Positions 30,852 to 41,183 are shown, counted from the stretch's first letter. The stretch is 64,000 nt of DNA from Phormidesmis sp. (GCA_965248535.1 CBDFJR010000002.1:544001-608000); one strand, 5' to 3'. Numbers and translations are program-made. The notes: generated by a model not told the origin, from the letters alone.

Positions 30852-31202
30852 GTGTTCTTAAGACTAGCAGAACAACACCGACAGTTTGTTAAAGACCTCG
30901 TGATGAATCTTCAGGCGATGGCGATCGTGTTGGAGAATCGGGGATATCTGGCTTCCTGCTATACCTGCGGCGGTCAGATGAACAGCGCTTCGTTTATGGT
31001 GAGTTTGGGAAACAACCACCTGATCCGCTTTTTGGTGTCGGATTATGGGATCACCTGGACAGAAATGCGCGACGATCGAGAGTTAATGAAGCTTGAAGGC
31101 GCAGAGGCGATCAGCCAACTTCAAGAACTCGCCAACCTAGTAAAGTTTCACATCAAGCCCTCTGACTATCGCCCGGCGGTTCCGGCAGAGAGCTTTCACT
31201 AG
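30852..31202 (+). CDS. DUF1815 family protein
   Basis: MFLRLAEQHRQFVKDLVMNLQA...ASCYTC...IRFLVSDYGITWTE. Confidence 0.85.
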   Translation: MFLRLAEQHRQFVKDLVMNLQAMAIVLENRGYLASCYTCGGQMNSASFMVSLGNNHLIRFLVSDYGITWTEMRDDRELMKLEGAEAISQLQELANLVKFHIKPSDYRPAVPAESFH

Positions 31203-31397
31203 TACAATAACGCCGCTTTAGGTTGTCACTGGGGCTGAGACAGATGCTGCCTTGCCTTTCTTGGCACTAGTTTCTATCGATTTAACCTGATAGAAACCTC
31301 TAGTGATAATCTAGATAGCGGGGTGATTAATTTAAGCGGCCGATGCTCCCTACAGGATCGCCCTACCGTGCCGCTCATCGTTGCTCTGATCTAGTTT

Positions 31398-32294
31398 ATG
31401 ACCGCTCTTGATTCTGAATGGCAGCATCACTTCATTGAAGCTAATCGCATTCGCCTCCACTATGTGACTCAAGGAGAAGGCGACTTAGTGCTGTTGCTGC
31501 ACGGGTTTCCTGAGTTTTGGTATTCATGGCGCTATCAGATTCCAGCACTGGCACGCTATTTTAAAGTAGTGGCTCCTGATCTGCGCGGCTATAACGAGTC
31601 TGAAAAACCCAGCGGTGGCTATGATCTCGACACCTTGAGCACCGATATTCATAGCTTGATCAAAAATTTGGGCTACAGCCGCGCGCACATTGTGGGTCAC
31701 GACTGGGGAGGCGCGATCGCTTGGAACTTAGCGCAAAAGTTTCCGCAGTGTCTCGATCGCTTGGTGCTTTTGAGTGCGCCTCATCCCCAGCGATTTGTGC
31801 GCGAAATGCTCAGTAACTTAGATCAACTGCGCCAAAGCTGGTATGTGCTGGCGTTTCAGATTCCTGGGTTGCCAGAGTGGGTAATTCAGCAAAACTTAAA
31901 AAACTTTGTTAACGGCATGTTTCAAGCGCAGGCGATTCGTAAAGGAGCGTTTACTGAAGAAAATGCTCTACTTTATCAAGCTGCGTTAAATAAGCCAGGG
32001 GCGCTCTCTGCCGCGATTAATCACTATCGACAACTGTTTGCCTCTTGGCAGTGGATGCGAGACTGGTGGCGATCGCCCGATCCCATTACAACCCCGACTT
32101 TGGTGCTTTGGGGTGAAGAAGACTCAATTTTGAGCTACAAACTTGCCGATGGCCTAGATTCTCTGATTCAAGCGCCTCACAAGATTAAGCTAGTTCCCCA
32201 CTGTGGTCACTGGATTCAGCAAGAAGCGCCTCAAACCGTGAACCGTGAACTGCTGGAGTTCCTGAGAAGTCCAGGGTTGACTCGACAGAGTTAG
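31398..32294 (+). CDS. Alpha/beta hydrolase (epoxide hydrolase-like)
   Basis: LLHGFPEFWYSW, GHDWGG, GHWIQQE. Confidence 0.93.
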   Translation: MTALDSEWQHHFIEANRIRLHYVTQGEGDLVLLLHGFPEFWYSWRYQIPALARYFKVVAPDLRGYNESEKPSGGYDLDTLSTDIHSLIKNLGYSRAHIVGHDWGGAIAWNLAQKFPQCLDRLVLLSAPHPQRFVREMLSNLDQLRQSWYVLAFQIPGLPEWVIQQNLKNFVNGMFQAQAIRKGAFTEENALLYQAALNKPGALSAAINHYRQLFASWQWMRDWWRSPDPITTPTLVLWGEEDSILSYKLADGLDSLIQAPHKIKLVPHCGHWIQQEAPQTVNRELLEFLRSPGLTRQS

Positions 32295-32395
32295 TTGAAC
32301 AGGTCACAGGTTTTTTCTATATCGGTTCAAAAATCGGTCTTCCTTGAATCAGGTTTGTCCGCACTTCTCTGGCATTGCCTAACAGCAAGTTGAGC

Positions 32396-32431
32396 TTGGA
32401 TTTTGGATGGATCAATCAACCCAAAATCCAA
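32396..32431. terminator. Inverted repeat TTGGATTTTGG/CCAAAATCCAA, possible terminator or stabiliser
   Basis: Perfect 11-bp stem about 100 nt after the hydrolase stop. Confidence 0.45.
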
Positions 32432-32899
32432 ATCTAAACCTAGTGTCTTGCAGAACGGCGATCGTCGGTGACAGGAATCGCGATCGGCTGAACTTCAGAT
32501 GAGTCCCAAGAGTGCAGTGGGCTGAATTGACGCAAAGCATCTAGAGAATAGCCTTGATTCCCTAAAACGACGATCGCGACCCAGCTAGCAATAAACAGCG
32601 CAGTTAGAACAATCATTAGATGACCTCTTAAAACTTTTATATCTAAGTATTAAGAAATATAACATATCTGAAGAACTGTAAGCACTATTTTTGCCAGACT
32701 CAGGATGTCTGTCGAAATACATACAATTCAAAGTAGTATTTTATACTAGTATCAATAAGATTCTGGCGCTAACCGTTTGTAATCAAGCAGGCAGGGCACA
32801 CTAAGCCTGATCTTCTAGTCTCACGCTCAGTGGCTCTCTGCTAAGGGATGGCAGATATCTCGGATCGATCGCTAGTCTTTGCATGACCAATGCACGCGC

Positions 32900-33712
32900 A
32901 TGAACAAGCCCTTTAAAAAGTTAGCCTCGATCGACGAGCCAATTAAGTCGCCCTACTCTCAAGACTCTCAGATCAAAAATGTGCTTGATAAGCTGCCTCC
33001 AGAAGCAAAACATTGGGCAGAAAGTTTGCCCTGGAACCAGCGGCGATATGTGCTATCTCTCTGCCATTTGCTGTGTGCAGCAACCCCCAATATTCAAGCA
33101 GAGTTTTTAGATGAATATACCGCCAATGGTCTGATTGCAAAGCTGGTTGAAAATCGAGATGTCAAGCAAAAAGTCAAAGAAAATCTCCAGCGATTTCACA
33201 TTCCAACCGAGCTTAGTGAAAGCCTGGTGAGAAGCTATATTCGGCAGTTTTATATTCACTCGGCTCAAGACGCTCGTCGAAAGCCTGATTTGCTTCTAGA
33301 GTCGGCTTTGCGAATTATTGCCAGCACTGAAGAGCGCAGCAGCATTCTCAGCTATATTCTAGGATTTGAACTGATTAAAATGCTGTTTAAGATGAGTTGG
33401 TTTCAGCATGAAAGACTCTATCGTCTGCAAAAAAATCAAGAAGAGTTTATCAATACCTATATCAAACCAATTCGCCACGCCCATCGAGTCAATCAAATCA
33501 TTGTGCCCAGAGATGAAAGACTGTTTTTTGCCCGCCGAGATTACTTCGTGCAAAAACCTAATCTTTCAGATAAGAAGCTAGTTGAGTTAGCGATCGCGAC
33601 CTTCACCACAGACGTGACTATAGAGTTTGGGTTTTCCATCGTTCGCCACACTCATTCTTTAATTTTTAACTATGACGATATCTTTGCAAACGAGCAAGAG
33701 CCGATTTTTTGA
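32900..33712 (+). CDS. Conserved cyanobacterial hypothetical protein
   Basis: Long ORF with WAESLPWNQRRYVLSLCH, FYIHSAQD, FFARRDYFVQKP; no function recognised. Confidence 0.75.
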   Translation: MNKPFKKLASIDEPIKSPYSQDSQIKNVLDKLPPEAKHWAESLPWNQRRYVLSLCHLLCAATPNIQAEFLDEYTANGLIAKLVENRDVKQKVKENLQRFHIPTELSESLVRSYIRQFYIHSAQDARRKPDLLLESALRIIASTEERSSILSYILGFELIKMLFKMSWFQHERLYRLQKNQEEFINTYIKPIRHAHRVNQIIVPRDERLFFARRDYFVQKPNLSDKKLVELAIATFTTDVTIEFGFSIVRHTHSLIFNYDDIFANEQEPIF

Positions 33713-33734
33713 GCGATCTAGAAATTAGCCCCGT

Positions 33735-34739
33735 CTAAGCTACTTTGCCGCCACCCATCAGATAAAGCAGCGCCATTCTGACAGCAACTCCGCTAGTGAC
33801 CTGCTGCGAGATCAAACTAAATTGGGGATCATCCATCAGATCAGAGCTAATCTCTACGCCTCGATTGACAGGGCCGGGGTGAAGCACTTTTACCTCTGGC
33901 TTGCAGAGTTTAAGGCGATCGCGGGTGATGCCAAACTGCTGATGATATTCTCGCAAACTGGGCAATAGATGACTGGTCATGCGCTCTTTTTGCAAGCGCA
34001 GGGTCATGACAAAATCGGCATTTTCAATAGCCGGGTCAAGAGTCCAGTGCAGAAAAAGCTGGCGCGAATTGAGATCAGGGCACGCATCTGAGTCAGCAAC
34101 AAAATCGGCAAACCAGTGAGGCAAGAGCGTTGGGGGAGCCGCTAAATGCACTTCAGCCCCGCTAGCCGTCAAACTCCAAAGGTTGGATCGGGCAACGCGA
34201 GAATGAAGAATGTCGCCTACGATCGCGATCTTTTTGCCCGCCAATAGCGATAGTCTCGGCCGCTCAGAATCGAACAATGTGCAGAGGGTGAAGAGGTCTA
34301 AAAGGGCCTGGGATGGGTGCTCGTGTTGCCCATCTCCCGCATTGAGCACCCCCACCCGCACCCCCAGTCGATCCATTTCAGCGGCGATCGCCTGCGGCAC
34401 TCCGGCCTCTTTATGGCGAATCACCATCATGTCGGTGCCCATTGCCAAATAGGTTTTTGCCGTGTCAAGAATCGTCTCTCCTTTAGACAGAGAAGAGGTT
34501 CCGGCAGCAAAGTTAATAGTGTCAGCCGAGAGGCGTTTGGCTGCTAGCTCAAAGCTGCTGCGAGTGCGAGTAGACGACTCAAAAAATAGATTGGCGACAA
34601 CCTGCCCTTGGAGGGTGGGCACTTTCTTGGTTCGGCGAGACAACACTTCTCGAAAGCTGCTAGCCGTTTGTAAAACAACATCATATTCAGCCGGAGAAAA
34701 GTCAGCGAGCGAAAGAACGTGGCGGCGAGTCCAGACCAT
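33735..34739 (-). CDS. pyrB: Aspartate carbamoyltransferase catalytic subunit
   Basis: [51 protein letters not shown]. Confidence 0.98.
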   Translation of the reverse strand: MVWTRRHVLSLADFSPAEYDVVLQTASSFREVLSRRTKKVPTLQGQVVANLFFESSTRTRSSFELAAKRLSADTINFAAGTSSLSKGETILDTAKTYLAMGTDMMVIRHKEAGVPQAIAAEMDRLGVRVGVLNAGDGQHEHPSQALLDLFTLCTLFDSERPRLSLLAGKKIAIVGDILHSRVARSNLWSLTASGAEVHLAAPPTLLPHWFADFVADSDACPDLNSRQLFLHWTLDPAIENADFVMTLRLQKERMTSHLLPSLREYHQQFGITRDRLKLCKPEVKVLHPGPVNRGVEISSDLMDDPQFSLISQQVTSGVAVRMALLYLMGGGKVA

Positions 34740-34855
34740 TAAGGGCGTGCGTTTAAGAAGGTCTCATCATTCATACCCCAAAACGATCGCCCTCACAACC
34801 CAGAGCTTAATTTCACTGTTCAGAGTATACTTGTACTGTTTCGCCGATGTTCTGC

Positions 34856-35761
34856 ATGACTCGCACTCCTTTTGACACGTTTTCTAAACAACTTTTAGAA
34901 GCGTTTCTGACTCCCTTTGGCACAGTTGAACTCAATCGAGAAATTGCTGGAGAATCTCGATATATCGATGTCTGGTTTTCACCTGTTGCCCCGCCCGATC
35001 GGGGTTTGGGTCTCTTAGCGCATATCGCCACAACGCCTTGCCTGATCGAGCCTTATCGCAATGCACCGGGCTTTTCAGAGATGCGATCGTGCTTACTCAA
35101 GCTGTTTTTGGTTCAAGCTGACCATCAGCGTCAGGCTAGGCGCGAAGATGCCTCTCTTTCAGAAGCCGAACTGCCTCACCTGTGGATTCTTTCACCAACC
35201 GCCTCAGAAATATCGCTTCAGAGTTTTGGTGCCACTCAGAGTTTGGAGTGGTTGCCCGGAATTTATGCCCTGCCTGCCGCTTTGAGAACTTCGATCGTGG
35301 TCATTCATCAGCTTCCCAAAACACCGGATACGCTTTGGTTGAGGCTGTTAGGGAGAGGCAAAACTCAGCAGCAGGCTGTAGAAGAAATCCTTTCCCTCGC
35401 CAGTGACGACCCTCGTCGTTCACAAACCTTAAACCTCTTAACAACGTGGAGAATTACTATGAGAGTTGAAGACCTCGACGAGGAAGATCAAATTTCACTG
35501 ATGGCACTTAATCAGGCTTATTTGCAGTGGGAACGAGAAACCATTGAACGCGGTAAACAAGAAGGCAGACAAGAAGGTGCACAACTGGGGCAGCGCCTAG
35601 TCATCGAAAATTTGCTGAAAGCTCGGTTTGGTGAGATAGACGATCGACTGACGGCCCTAATTCCTACAATCCTGACATTTTCGGCTGAGGAATATACGCC
35701 ACTCTTGCTGCAACTGTCTCAAGAGCAACTGTTAGATAGATTTTGGGGTCAAGGTGATTAG
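34856..35761 (+). CDS. Rpn-like (PD-(D/E)XK-type) cyanobacterial hypothetical protein
   Basis: MTRTPFDTFSKQLLE...IDVWF...IEPYRN...TLWLRLLGRG, QEG repeats, LLKARFGEID. Confidence 0.75.
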   Translation: MTRTPFDTFSKQLLEAFLTPFGTVELNREIAGESRYIDVWFSPVAPPDRGLGLLAHIATTPCLIEPYRNAPGFSEMRSCLLKLFLVQADHQRQARREDASLSEAELPHLWILSPTASEISLQSFGATQSLEWLPGIYALPAALRTSIVVIHQLPKTPDTLWLRLLGRGKTQQQAVEEILSLASDDPRRSQTLNLLTTWRITMRVEDLDEEDQISLMALNQAYLQWERETIERGKQEGRQEGAQLGQRLVIENLLKARFGEIDDRLTALIPTILTFSAEEYTPLLLQLSQEQLLDRFWGQGD

Positions 35762-35769
35762 AAGCCCAA

Positions 35770-37125
35770 TCAAGTAGGCAGATGGAGGATATTTAGGCTA
35801 AATGTAATCAGCGTTAGAAAGAGGATGAAGCCGATCGTGTCTAGCATGGTGGTCACAAGTGGGCCACTGATCAACGCAGGATCGAGTTTTAGCCGCTTTA
35901 AACCCATGGGCAGCAGCGTTCCTAAGGTGACAGCGATGACCGAGTTTGCCGCCATGACCAATCCGGCGACGTAGCCAACCCAGCGAGTTTCGGGCGAAGT
36001 CCAGATCAGGGATAGCAAAACCATTGTGGTTCCTAGGGCAAAAGCGGTTCCTAACCCTGCCAGCAATTCTTTGCGAAGAATTTTCATCGTGTCGGCTGGC
36101 GTGACTTCACCCACCCCTAGCGATCGGATCGTCACCGTAAGAGCCTGAATGCCCACAGTTCCGCCTGTGTTTGAGAACAAGGGCATGATCACAGCCAGCA
36201 CTGGCACTAGGGAGATGGTTTTTTGAAACGGTGCGATCGCGCTAGATGCCCCAATATAAAGTGCCATTACGCCCACGAGCCAAGGCAGACGATTCCGCAG
36301 CTTTTCTAAGGGATGAGAGAGAGACGATTCATCGCCCCCGCTGACCCCGGCTAACTTTTGAATATCTTCGGTGGCTTCTTGTTCTAAGATGTCTACCACG
36401 TCGTCAACCGTGATGATGCCCACGAGTCGGTCTTCACGATCTACGACAGGCACCGCAATCAAGTCGTAGCGTTTCATCAGTTGCGCCACTTCTTCTTGAG
36501 GCATCTCGGTTGTGGCTTTGATCACCCGATCGCTGGCGATGTCTTCAATGCGCACATCGGGAATCGAGAACAGCAGTTGCCGCAGCGAGACCACCTGTTT
36601 GAGCTTGCGGTTATTGTCAGTCACATAGGCATAGTAAACCGTTTCTTTATCTCGGTCAGCCAGTCTAATCTTGGTCAGGGCTTCGCCTACGGTCAAGCCT
36701 TGCCGCAGCCGCACATATTCGGTGGTCATCACCCGACCTGCGGTGCTCTCTGCGTAGCCTAAAATGGTGGCTGTTGCCTGCCGCTCTTCGGGGCTGAGTT
36801 GTTGAACGAGTCGTTTTGCGATTCCAGCCGGGAGTTCGTCAAACAGTTCGGCACGATCGTCGGGTCGCATTGACTCAACAATCTGACACACCTGGGCATT
36901 GTGCAGCGACCCAATCAGATCTTCTTGAATTTCTTGGGGCAGATATTCAAAGACATCGGTAGCCTGAGTTTTGTTGAGCAGTCGAAAGGCGATCGCGCGT
37001 CTCTCAGGAGGAAGCTCTGCTATATAATCGCCCACATCGATCGCGGGCATCTCGTTCAACTCGTGCTTAAGCTGATTGAGATCAGCAATATCAGACAGGG
37101 AAGTGCGACTTTCCTGGGTTAGCAT
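35770..37125 (-). CDS. mgtE: Magnesium transporter MgtE
   Basis: N-domain, CBS pair (GRVMTTEY, LVGIITVDD), TM domain NTGGTVGIQ, DPALISGPLVTTMLD. Confidence 0.96.
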   Translation of the reverse strand: MLTQESRTSLSDIADLNQLKHELNEMPAIDVGDYIAELPPERRAIAFRLLNKTQATDVFEYLPQEIQEDLIGSLHNAQVCQIVESMRPDDRAELFDELPAGIAKRLVQQLSPEERQATATILGYAESTAGRVMTTEYVRLRQGLTVGEALTKIRLADRDKETVYYAYVTDNNRKLKQVVSLRQLLFSIPDVRIEDIASDRVIKATTEMPQEEVAQLMKRYDLIAVPVVDREDRLVGIITVDDVVDILEQEATEDIQKLAGVSGGDESSLSHPLEKLRNRLPWLVGVMALYIGASSAIAPFQKTISLVPVLAVIMPLFSNTGGTVGIQALTVTIRSLGVGEVTPADTMKILRKELLAGLGTAFALGTTMVLLSLIWTSPETRWVGYVAGLVMAANSVIAVTLGTLLPMGLKRLKLDPALISGPLVTTMLDTIGFILFLTLITFSLNILHLPT

Positions 37126-37350
37126 AAAAACCTCCTAAGTCTCCCTCGCGCTGGAAGACTGAGGCTTCTAGCGCTAAAGGAGTTTAATACTGTGGGGTAA
37201 TGGACACTGGTCCATGAACTTTACAAAACGCAACATCGACATCCAATCCGGGTGTCGCTGAGTCTATGCTAACCCTGAAGCCACAAATCCACAATCCTTC
37301 GAGATGACCTTCTCACAAAGATCCTACTTTTGTTAACGGTGATTAACCCT

Positions 37351-37968
37351 ATGATCAGCACTCCGAGGTATGTCTCTCATCTCCTAAGTCAGAAGCCAAA
37401 AACCGGAAAAAGCCACAAACTCTTTTTTTACGGGGGGCCGTTGATAATGTCACTAATCTTGAGTAGCTGCAAAACGGCTCCTTTGGATCAGCCCCCGATC
37501 GCCTCGTCTCCCCCCCTAACTCCGAGGGCTGCCCCTAGTCCCGGTCTGTCGCCGATCGCCAAAAGCCCGTCTTCACCGCCCACGGGTCAGTCACCCCAGA
37601 CGGCTTCACTCGCGCCTCAAAAGACCGTTCCTGTTAGCGTCTATAAAGTGGATAACCAGTGCAGAGACTTCGTAGCAGAAAAAACGGCCGTTCCTGCCAA
37701 TCAGCCGATCGCCGCAGCCGTGGGCAAAGTCTTAGCCAATGCTGACAGTGCCGACTTTAGCTTGTCTGGCTATCGAGTGAACGTCGTTTCTGGCGTGGCC
37801 ACCGTCGATCTGCGTGTTGCCCCTGACTCAAAGCGCAAGTTAGTGTCTCTCTCAAGCTGCGAGCAGATGGCGATTTTTGGCAGTCTTCGCAAAACCTTAA
37901 TCAGCAATGCTGAATGGAAAATTAAATCAGTGCGGTTTACCGATCGTGGCAAAGAAATCGTTCTTTAA
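37351..37968 (+). CDS. GerMN-like (sporulation/spore germination) domain lipoprotein
   Basis: Lipobox LSSC, Pro-rich linker, ATVDLR...SLSSCEQMAIFGSLRKTL...IKSVRFT; start uncertain. Confidence 0.75.
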   Translation: MISTPRYVSHLLSQKPKTGKSHKLFFYGGPLIMSLILSSCKTAPLDQPPIASSPPLTPRAAPSPGLSPIAKSPSSPPTGQSPQTASLAPQKTVPVSVYKVDNQCRDFVAEKTAVPANQPIAAAVGKVLANADSADFSLSGYRVNVVSGVATVDLRVAPDSKRKLVSLSSCEQMAIFGSLRKTLISNAEWKIKSVRFTDRGKEIVL

Positions 37969-37972
37969 AACG

Positions 37973-38579
37973 TCAGCCTTTTTTCGACACGGCGGCACAA
38001 TGTTTAACATACCACCGCCAAGGCAGATCGGCTCCTTGAGTTAGCCCGATGCGAGTGGTCTGAACAAAGGCGATCAAGTCTTGGTCAACCTGTGCTTGAA
38101 ACTGGGGACTGCGCGGCTCTAACCACATTGACTGTCCAGGTTGAAAAGACTGTGCACTGAGCGTGAGATCGATTTTGAAAGCCCGACAGAGTTTGCCAGG
38201 GCCCGGCAGCGACGCGAGCCAACTTTTCGTCTATGCACCAAGGCGGCAGGCTGTCAAGCTGCAAAGCACGAATTAAGACAGCGCTGGGCACTCCGTCGCG
38301 ATCGGTGACCACATTCAAGCAGTGATAGATGCCATAGATCAGATAGACATAGCTCATTCCGGCGGGGCCAAACATGATGCGGTTGCGATCAGTCTGTCGC
38401 CGATAGGCATGACACGCTGGATCGCCCACCGTGTAGGCTTCGGTTTCGACAATCATGCCCCGCAGGGTTAACCCATCAGAAAATTGACGCACCAAAGTGC
38501 AGCCCAAGAGATCAGGGGCGACTTCGAGCGACGATCGCGATAACCACTCTGATCGAATAAAAGAGGAATCTCTAATCAT
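37973..38579 (-). CDS. mpg: DNA-3-methyladenine glycosylase (MPG/AAG family), 1-nt frameshift near 38200
   Basis: [35 protein letters not shown]; the shifted frame continues GPGKLCRAF...[17 protein letters not shown]...* at 37973. Confidence 0.88.
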
Positions 38580-38698
38580 TTCAGCCTTTAGAAGAATCTG
38601 TCAAAAATCTTTGGTTTGCTAGGATTTGAAGGAGTTTGCGGTAGAATTCTAATCACATTAGCTAGCTCTAGAAAACCATCATAAAAGCGATTACTATC

Positions 38699-38821
38699 AT
38701 GGATGTCAAACTCGTTTTACTGGTTCTCACCGGGTTCTTCACCATAGCTTGTCTGTTTTTTGGCACCCGCAACGGTTTTTATGACTCCGATAATTATCAC
38801 GGCAATGGGTCGGCGCACTAG
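38699..38821 (+). CDS. ndhP: NDH-1L complex subunit NdhP (40 aa, below the ORF-track cutoff)
   Basis: Manual translation MDVKLVLLVLTGFFTIACLFFGTRNGFYDSDNYHGNGSAH*. Confidence 0.93.
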   Translation: MDVKLVLLVLTGFFTIACLFFGTRNGFYDSDNYHGNGSAH

Positions 38822-38959
38822 ATTTCGTCAGATCATGACCGCTTCTAGATCCAACGTTAAACATCGTGGGCGTTGCTAAATCGCCTACTTCTCTCCTCCC
38901 TTTGCACTGTGTTGATCTTAAGTTTGATAATCTCAGAGATCAAAAACTAGCCATCCAAC

Positions 38960-40636
38960 GTGACTCAACTGGAATGCTTGCCCTACGGCGTTGGTCATGC
39001 TGATGAAGGAGTGTCTCTCCTAGTTCGCATGGGACCCTATCGAATATTGCTGGACTGTGGCTTGAGAGATATTTCGCCTCTGAGTCAGCAAAAAACTGAT
39101 TTGGCGCTTCCTGCTGATTTGGTGTTATGCACTCATGCTCATTCTGACCACGCCCGCGGGCTGCTGGCGCTTCATCAAGCGTTTCCTAAACTGCCGATCT
39201 ATGCGAGTGAGGTGACGACTCAACTTCTGCCGCTCAATTGGGTGGATGAGTCAGTTCCTCAATTTTGTCATGCTCTGCCGTGGCGATCGCCCGTAGAGTT
39301 TTTTGACGGGTTAACCGCCGAACTGTTTCCAGCGGGTCATTTGCCCGGAGCGGCGGTGATTTTGTTGACCTATGTGCCGCCTGCGTCACCTCAAGAGCAG
39401 CGCCCCTACAAACTGCTCTACACAGGCGATTTTTTCTTATCAAATTCTCGGTTGGTTGACGGGCTGCGGCTAGAAGAACTGCGGGGGTTAGCGCCAGATG
39501 TGCTGATTGTTGAAGGCAGTTATGGCACGGCTCGATATCCCCATCGGCGGCAGCAAGAAAATCAACTGATTGAGCGCATCAGTCTCGCGATCGCTGAGGG
39601 GCGCTCGGTGCTTTTGCCTTTGCCGACTTTGGGGTTGGGGCAAGAGTTGCTGATGCTGCTGCGGAGTCATCATCTCTTTACCGGGCGAGAGGTAGATATT
39701 TGGGTCGATGGCACGGTAGCCGCAGGCTGTGATGCTTATCTAGACCTGCTGCCCCATCTGCCCAGCGCGGTGCAAAATTTTGCTCGTCACCAGCCGCTCT
39801 TTTGGGATGAGCGGGTGCGGCCGCGGGTGCGGCATTTGCGGCCTGAGCAGCGATCGGCTATTGACGCTCCCTGCATTGTCTTAACTGATTTAACGGTTGA
39901 CCTGCATGAGTTTTGTCAATCTGATGCGGCGTGGCTGGTGCTCTTTCCTCAACAGAGCAGTCAGCTAGAGATTGAACCCGGTGGGATTTCTGCGGTTCTT
40001 GCCTCTGACTCAGAGCGGGCGACGGTGGAATTTTATTTGCTGGCGCAGCACTGTGACGGGCCTAGCACCACGCAACTGATTCACAATTTGCGCCCTCAGC
40101 ATGTGCTGTTTGTGCACGGGTCGCCGACTTATCTGGCTGACTTGACGGGTTTAGAAGAACTGCATAATCGCTATCATCTGCATTCACCCTTGATCGGGGG
40201 GGTAGTTGAACTCCCGATCGGGGAGACGTTTTTGCAACCTGCTGCCCCCGACCACAGCTATGAAGGCGAACTGGCTGAACTGGGAACGGGGGTGACGATC
40301 ACGCTGCCGGATGCGATCACGGCTGACCCGCGCTGGCGCACACTGGCGGACACGGGGCTGATCGAAGCCCGTTGGCAGGGAGAAGATCTCGTCTTGCGGG
40401 GGCTGCATCAGCGTGAGTTGTTGAGTTCGGGGGGCGATCGCTTGCCGATTTGGGCAGACGGGACGCTAAAAGACTGCTGCTCAAACTGTCGTCACTGTCG
40501 GGGTCAACGCTGCTGGAATCCGAGTTCGCCGTTGTTTAACTTTAAAGTGACGCTGGATGGCTACTGTCCGGTATTTGAGCCGTTGATGCTCTCGACAGAG
40601 GTGGAGATGCGAGACGAAGACGAGTCCGATCGCTAG
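38960..40636 (+). CDS. MBL-fold metallo-hydrolase (beta-CASP RNA-processing type) with C-terminal Cys cluster
   Basis: LLDCG, THAHSDH, AGHLPGA, YTGDF, VEGSYG, FVHG; tail CCSNCRHC...C...C. Confidence 0.88.
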   Translation: MTQLECLPYGVGHADEGVSLLVRMGPYRILLDCGLRDISPLSQQKTDLALPADLVLCTHAHSDHARGLLALHQAFPKLPIYASEVTTQLLPLNWVDESVPQFCHALPWRSPVEFFDGLTAELFPAGHLPGAAVILLTYVPPASPQEQRPYKLLYTGDFFLSNSRLVDGLRLEELRGLAPDVLIVEGSYGTARYPHRRQQENQLIERISLAIAEGRSVLLPLPTLGLGQELLMLLRSHHLFTGREVDIWVDGTVAAGCDAYLDLLPHLPSAVQNFARHQPLFWDERVRPRVRHLRPEQRSAIDAPCIVLTDLTVDLHEFCQSDAAWLVLFPQQSSQLEIEPGGISAVLASDSERATVEFYLLAQHCDGPSTTQLIHNLRPQHVLFVHGSPTYLADLTGLEELHNRYHLHSPLIGGVVELPIGETFLQPAAPDHSYEGELAELGTGVTITLPDAITADPRWRTLADTGLIEARWQGEDLVLRGLHQRELLSSGGDRLPIWADGTLKDCCSNCRHCRGQRCWNPSSPLFNFKVTLDGYCPVFEPLMLSTEVEMRDEDESDR

Positions 40637-40646
40637 GGTTTACGTC

Positions 40647-41183
40647 TTAGCTTTCTCGAATCGAGGGAGCTGTAGACAGGGCTTTTGCCCCCGATCGCAT
40701 CTGCTCAATATCGAAGTCTGACCAGGGGTGAATCGAGCGATGATGGGCAACGAGCAGCCCCCACAGTCCTTTGGCGGTTAAAATGGGGACGACTAAATTA
40801 GCGCGCACTTGAAGATCACGCAGAAACTCACGGTGGCAGGGTGCGATCGCTTCAGTTTCAATATCTGAGATAGCGCGAACTCTGCCTTCTAGATACATCA
40901 TGGCATAGTCGCCGTTGAAGCATTCATCTGGGCCAGTTGAGCCGTAGATTGAAAGCTCGTCAGCACTCAAAGACTCAAAGGTAACTTGCCCTTTCCATTG
41001 GCGATAGAAATAATATAAGACCACGCGATCGACGGCAAGATTATCGCGTAGTTGGTTGGTGGTTTGTTGAACTAGCTGATCTCGCTCAATAGTGCCAGAA
41101 ATGCGATCGAGCACTTTCTGAAGACTAGGAGCATGAGTGAGTTGAGGAAGACGATCGGGGTTTGAATCAGAATAAACTTGCAC
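40647..41183 (-). CDS. Stand-alone GAF protein, DXCF-type cyanobacteriochrome-like
   Basis: DRVVLYYF, DECF, PCHREFL, VRANLVVPI, LWGLLVAHH. Confidence 0.82.
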   Translation of the reverse strand: MQVYSDSNPDRLPQLTHAPSLQKVLDRISGTIERDQLVQQTTNQLRDNLAVDRVVLYYFYRQWKGQVTFESLSADELSIYGSTGPDECFNGDYAMMYLEGRVRAISDIETEAIAPCHREFLRDLQVRANLVVPILTAKGLWGLLVAHHRSIHPWSDFDIEQMRSGAKALSTAPSIRES

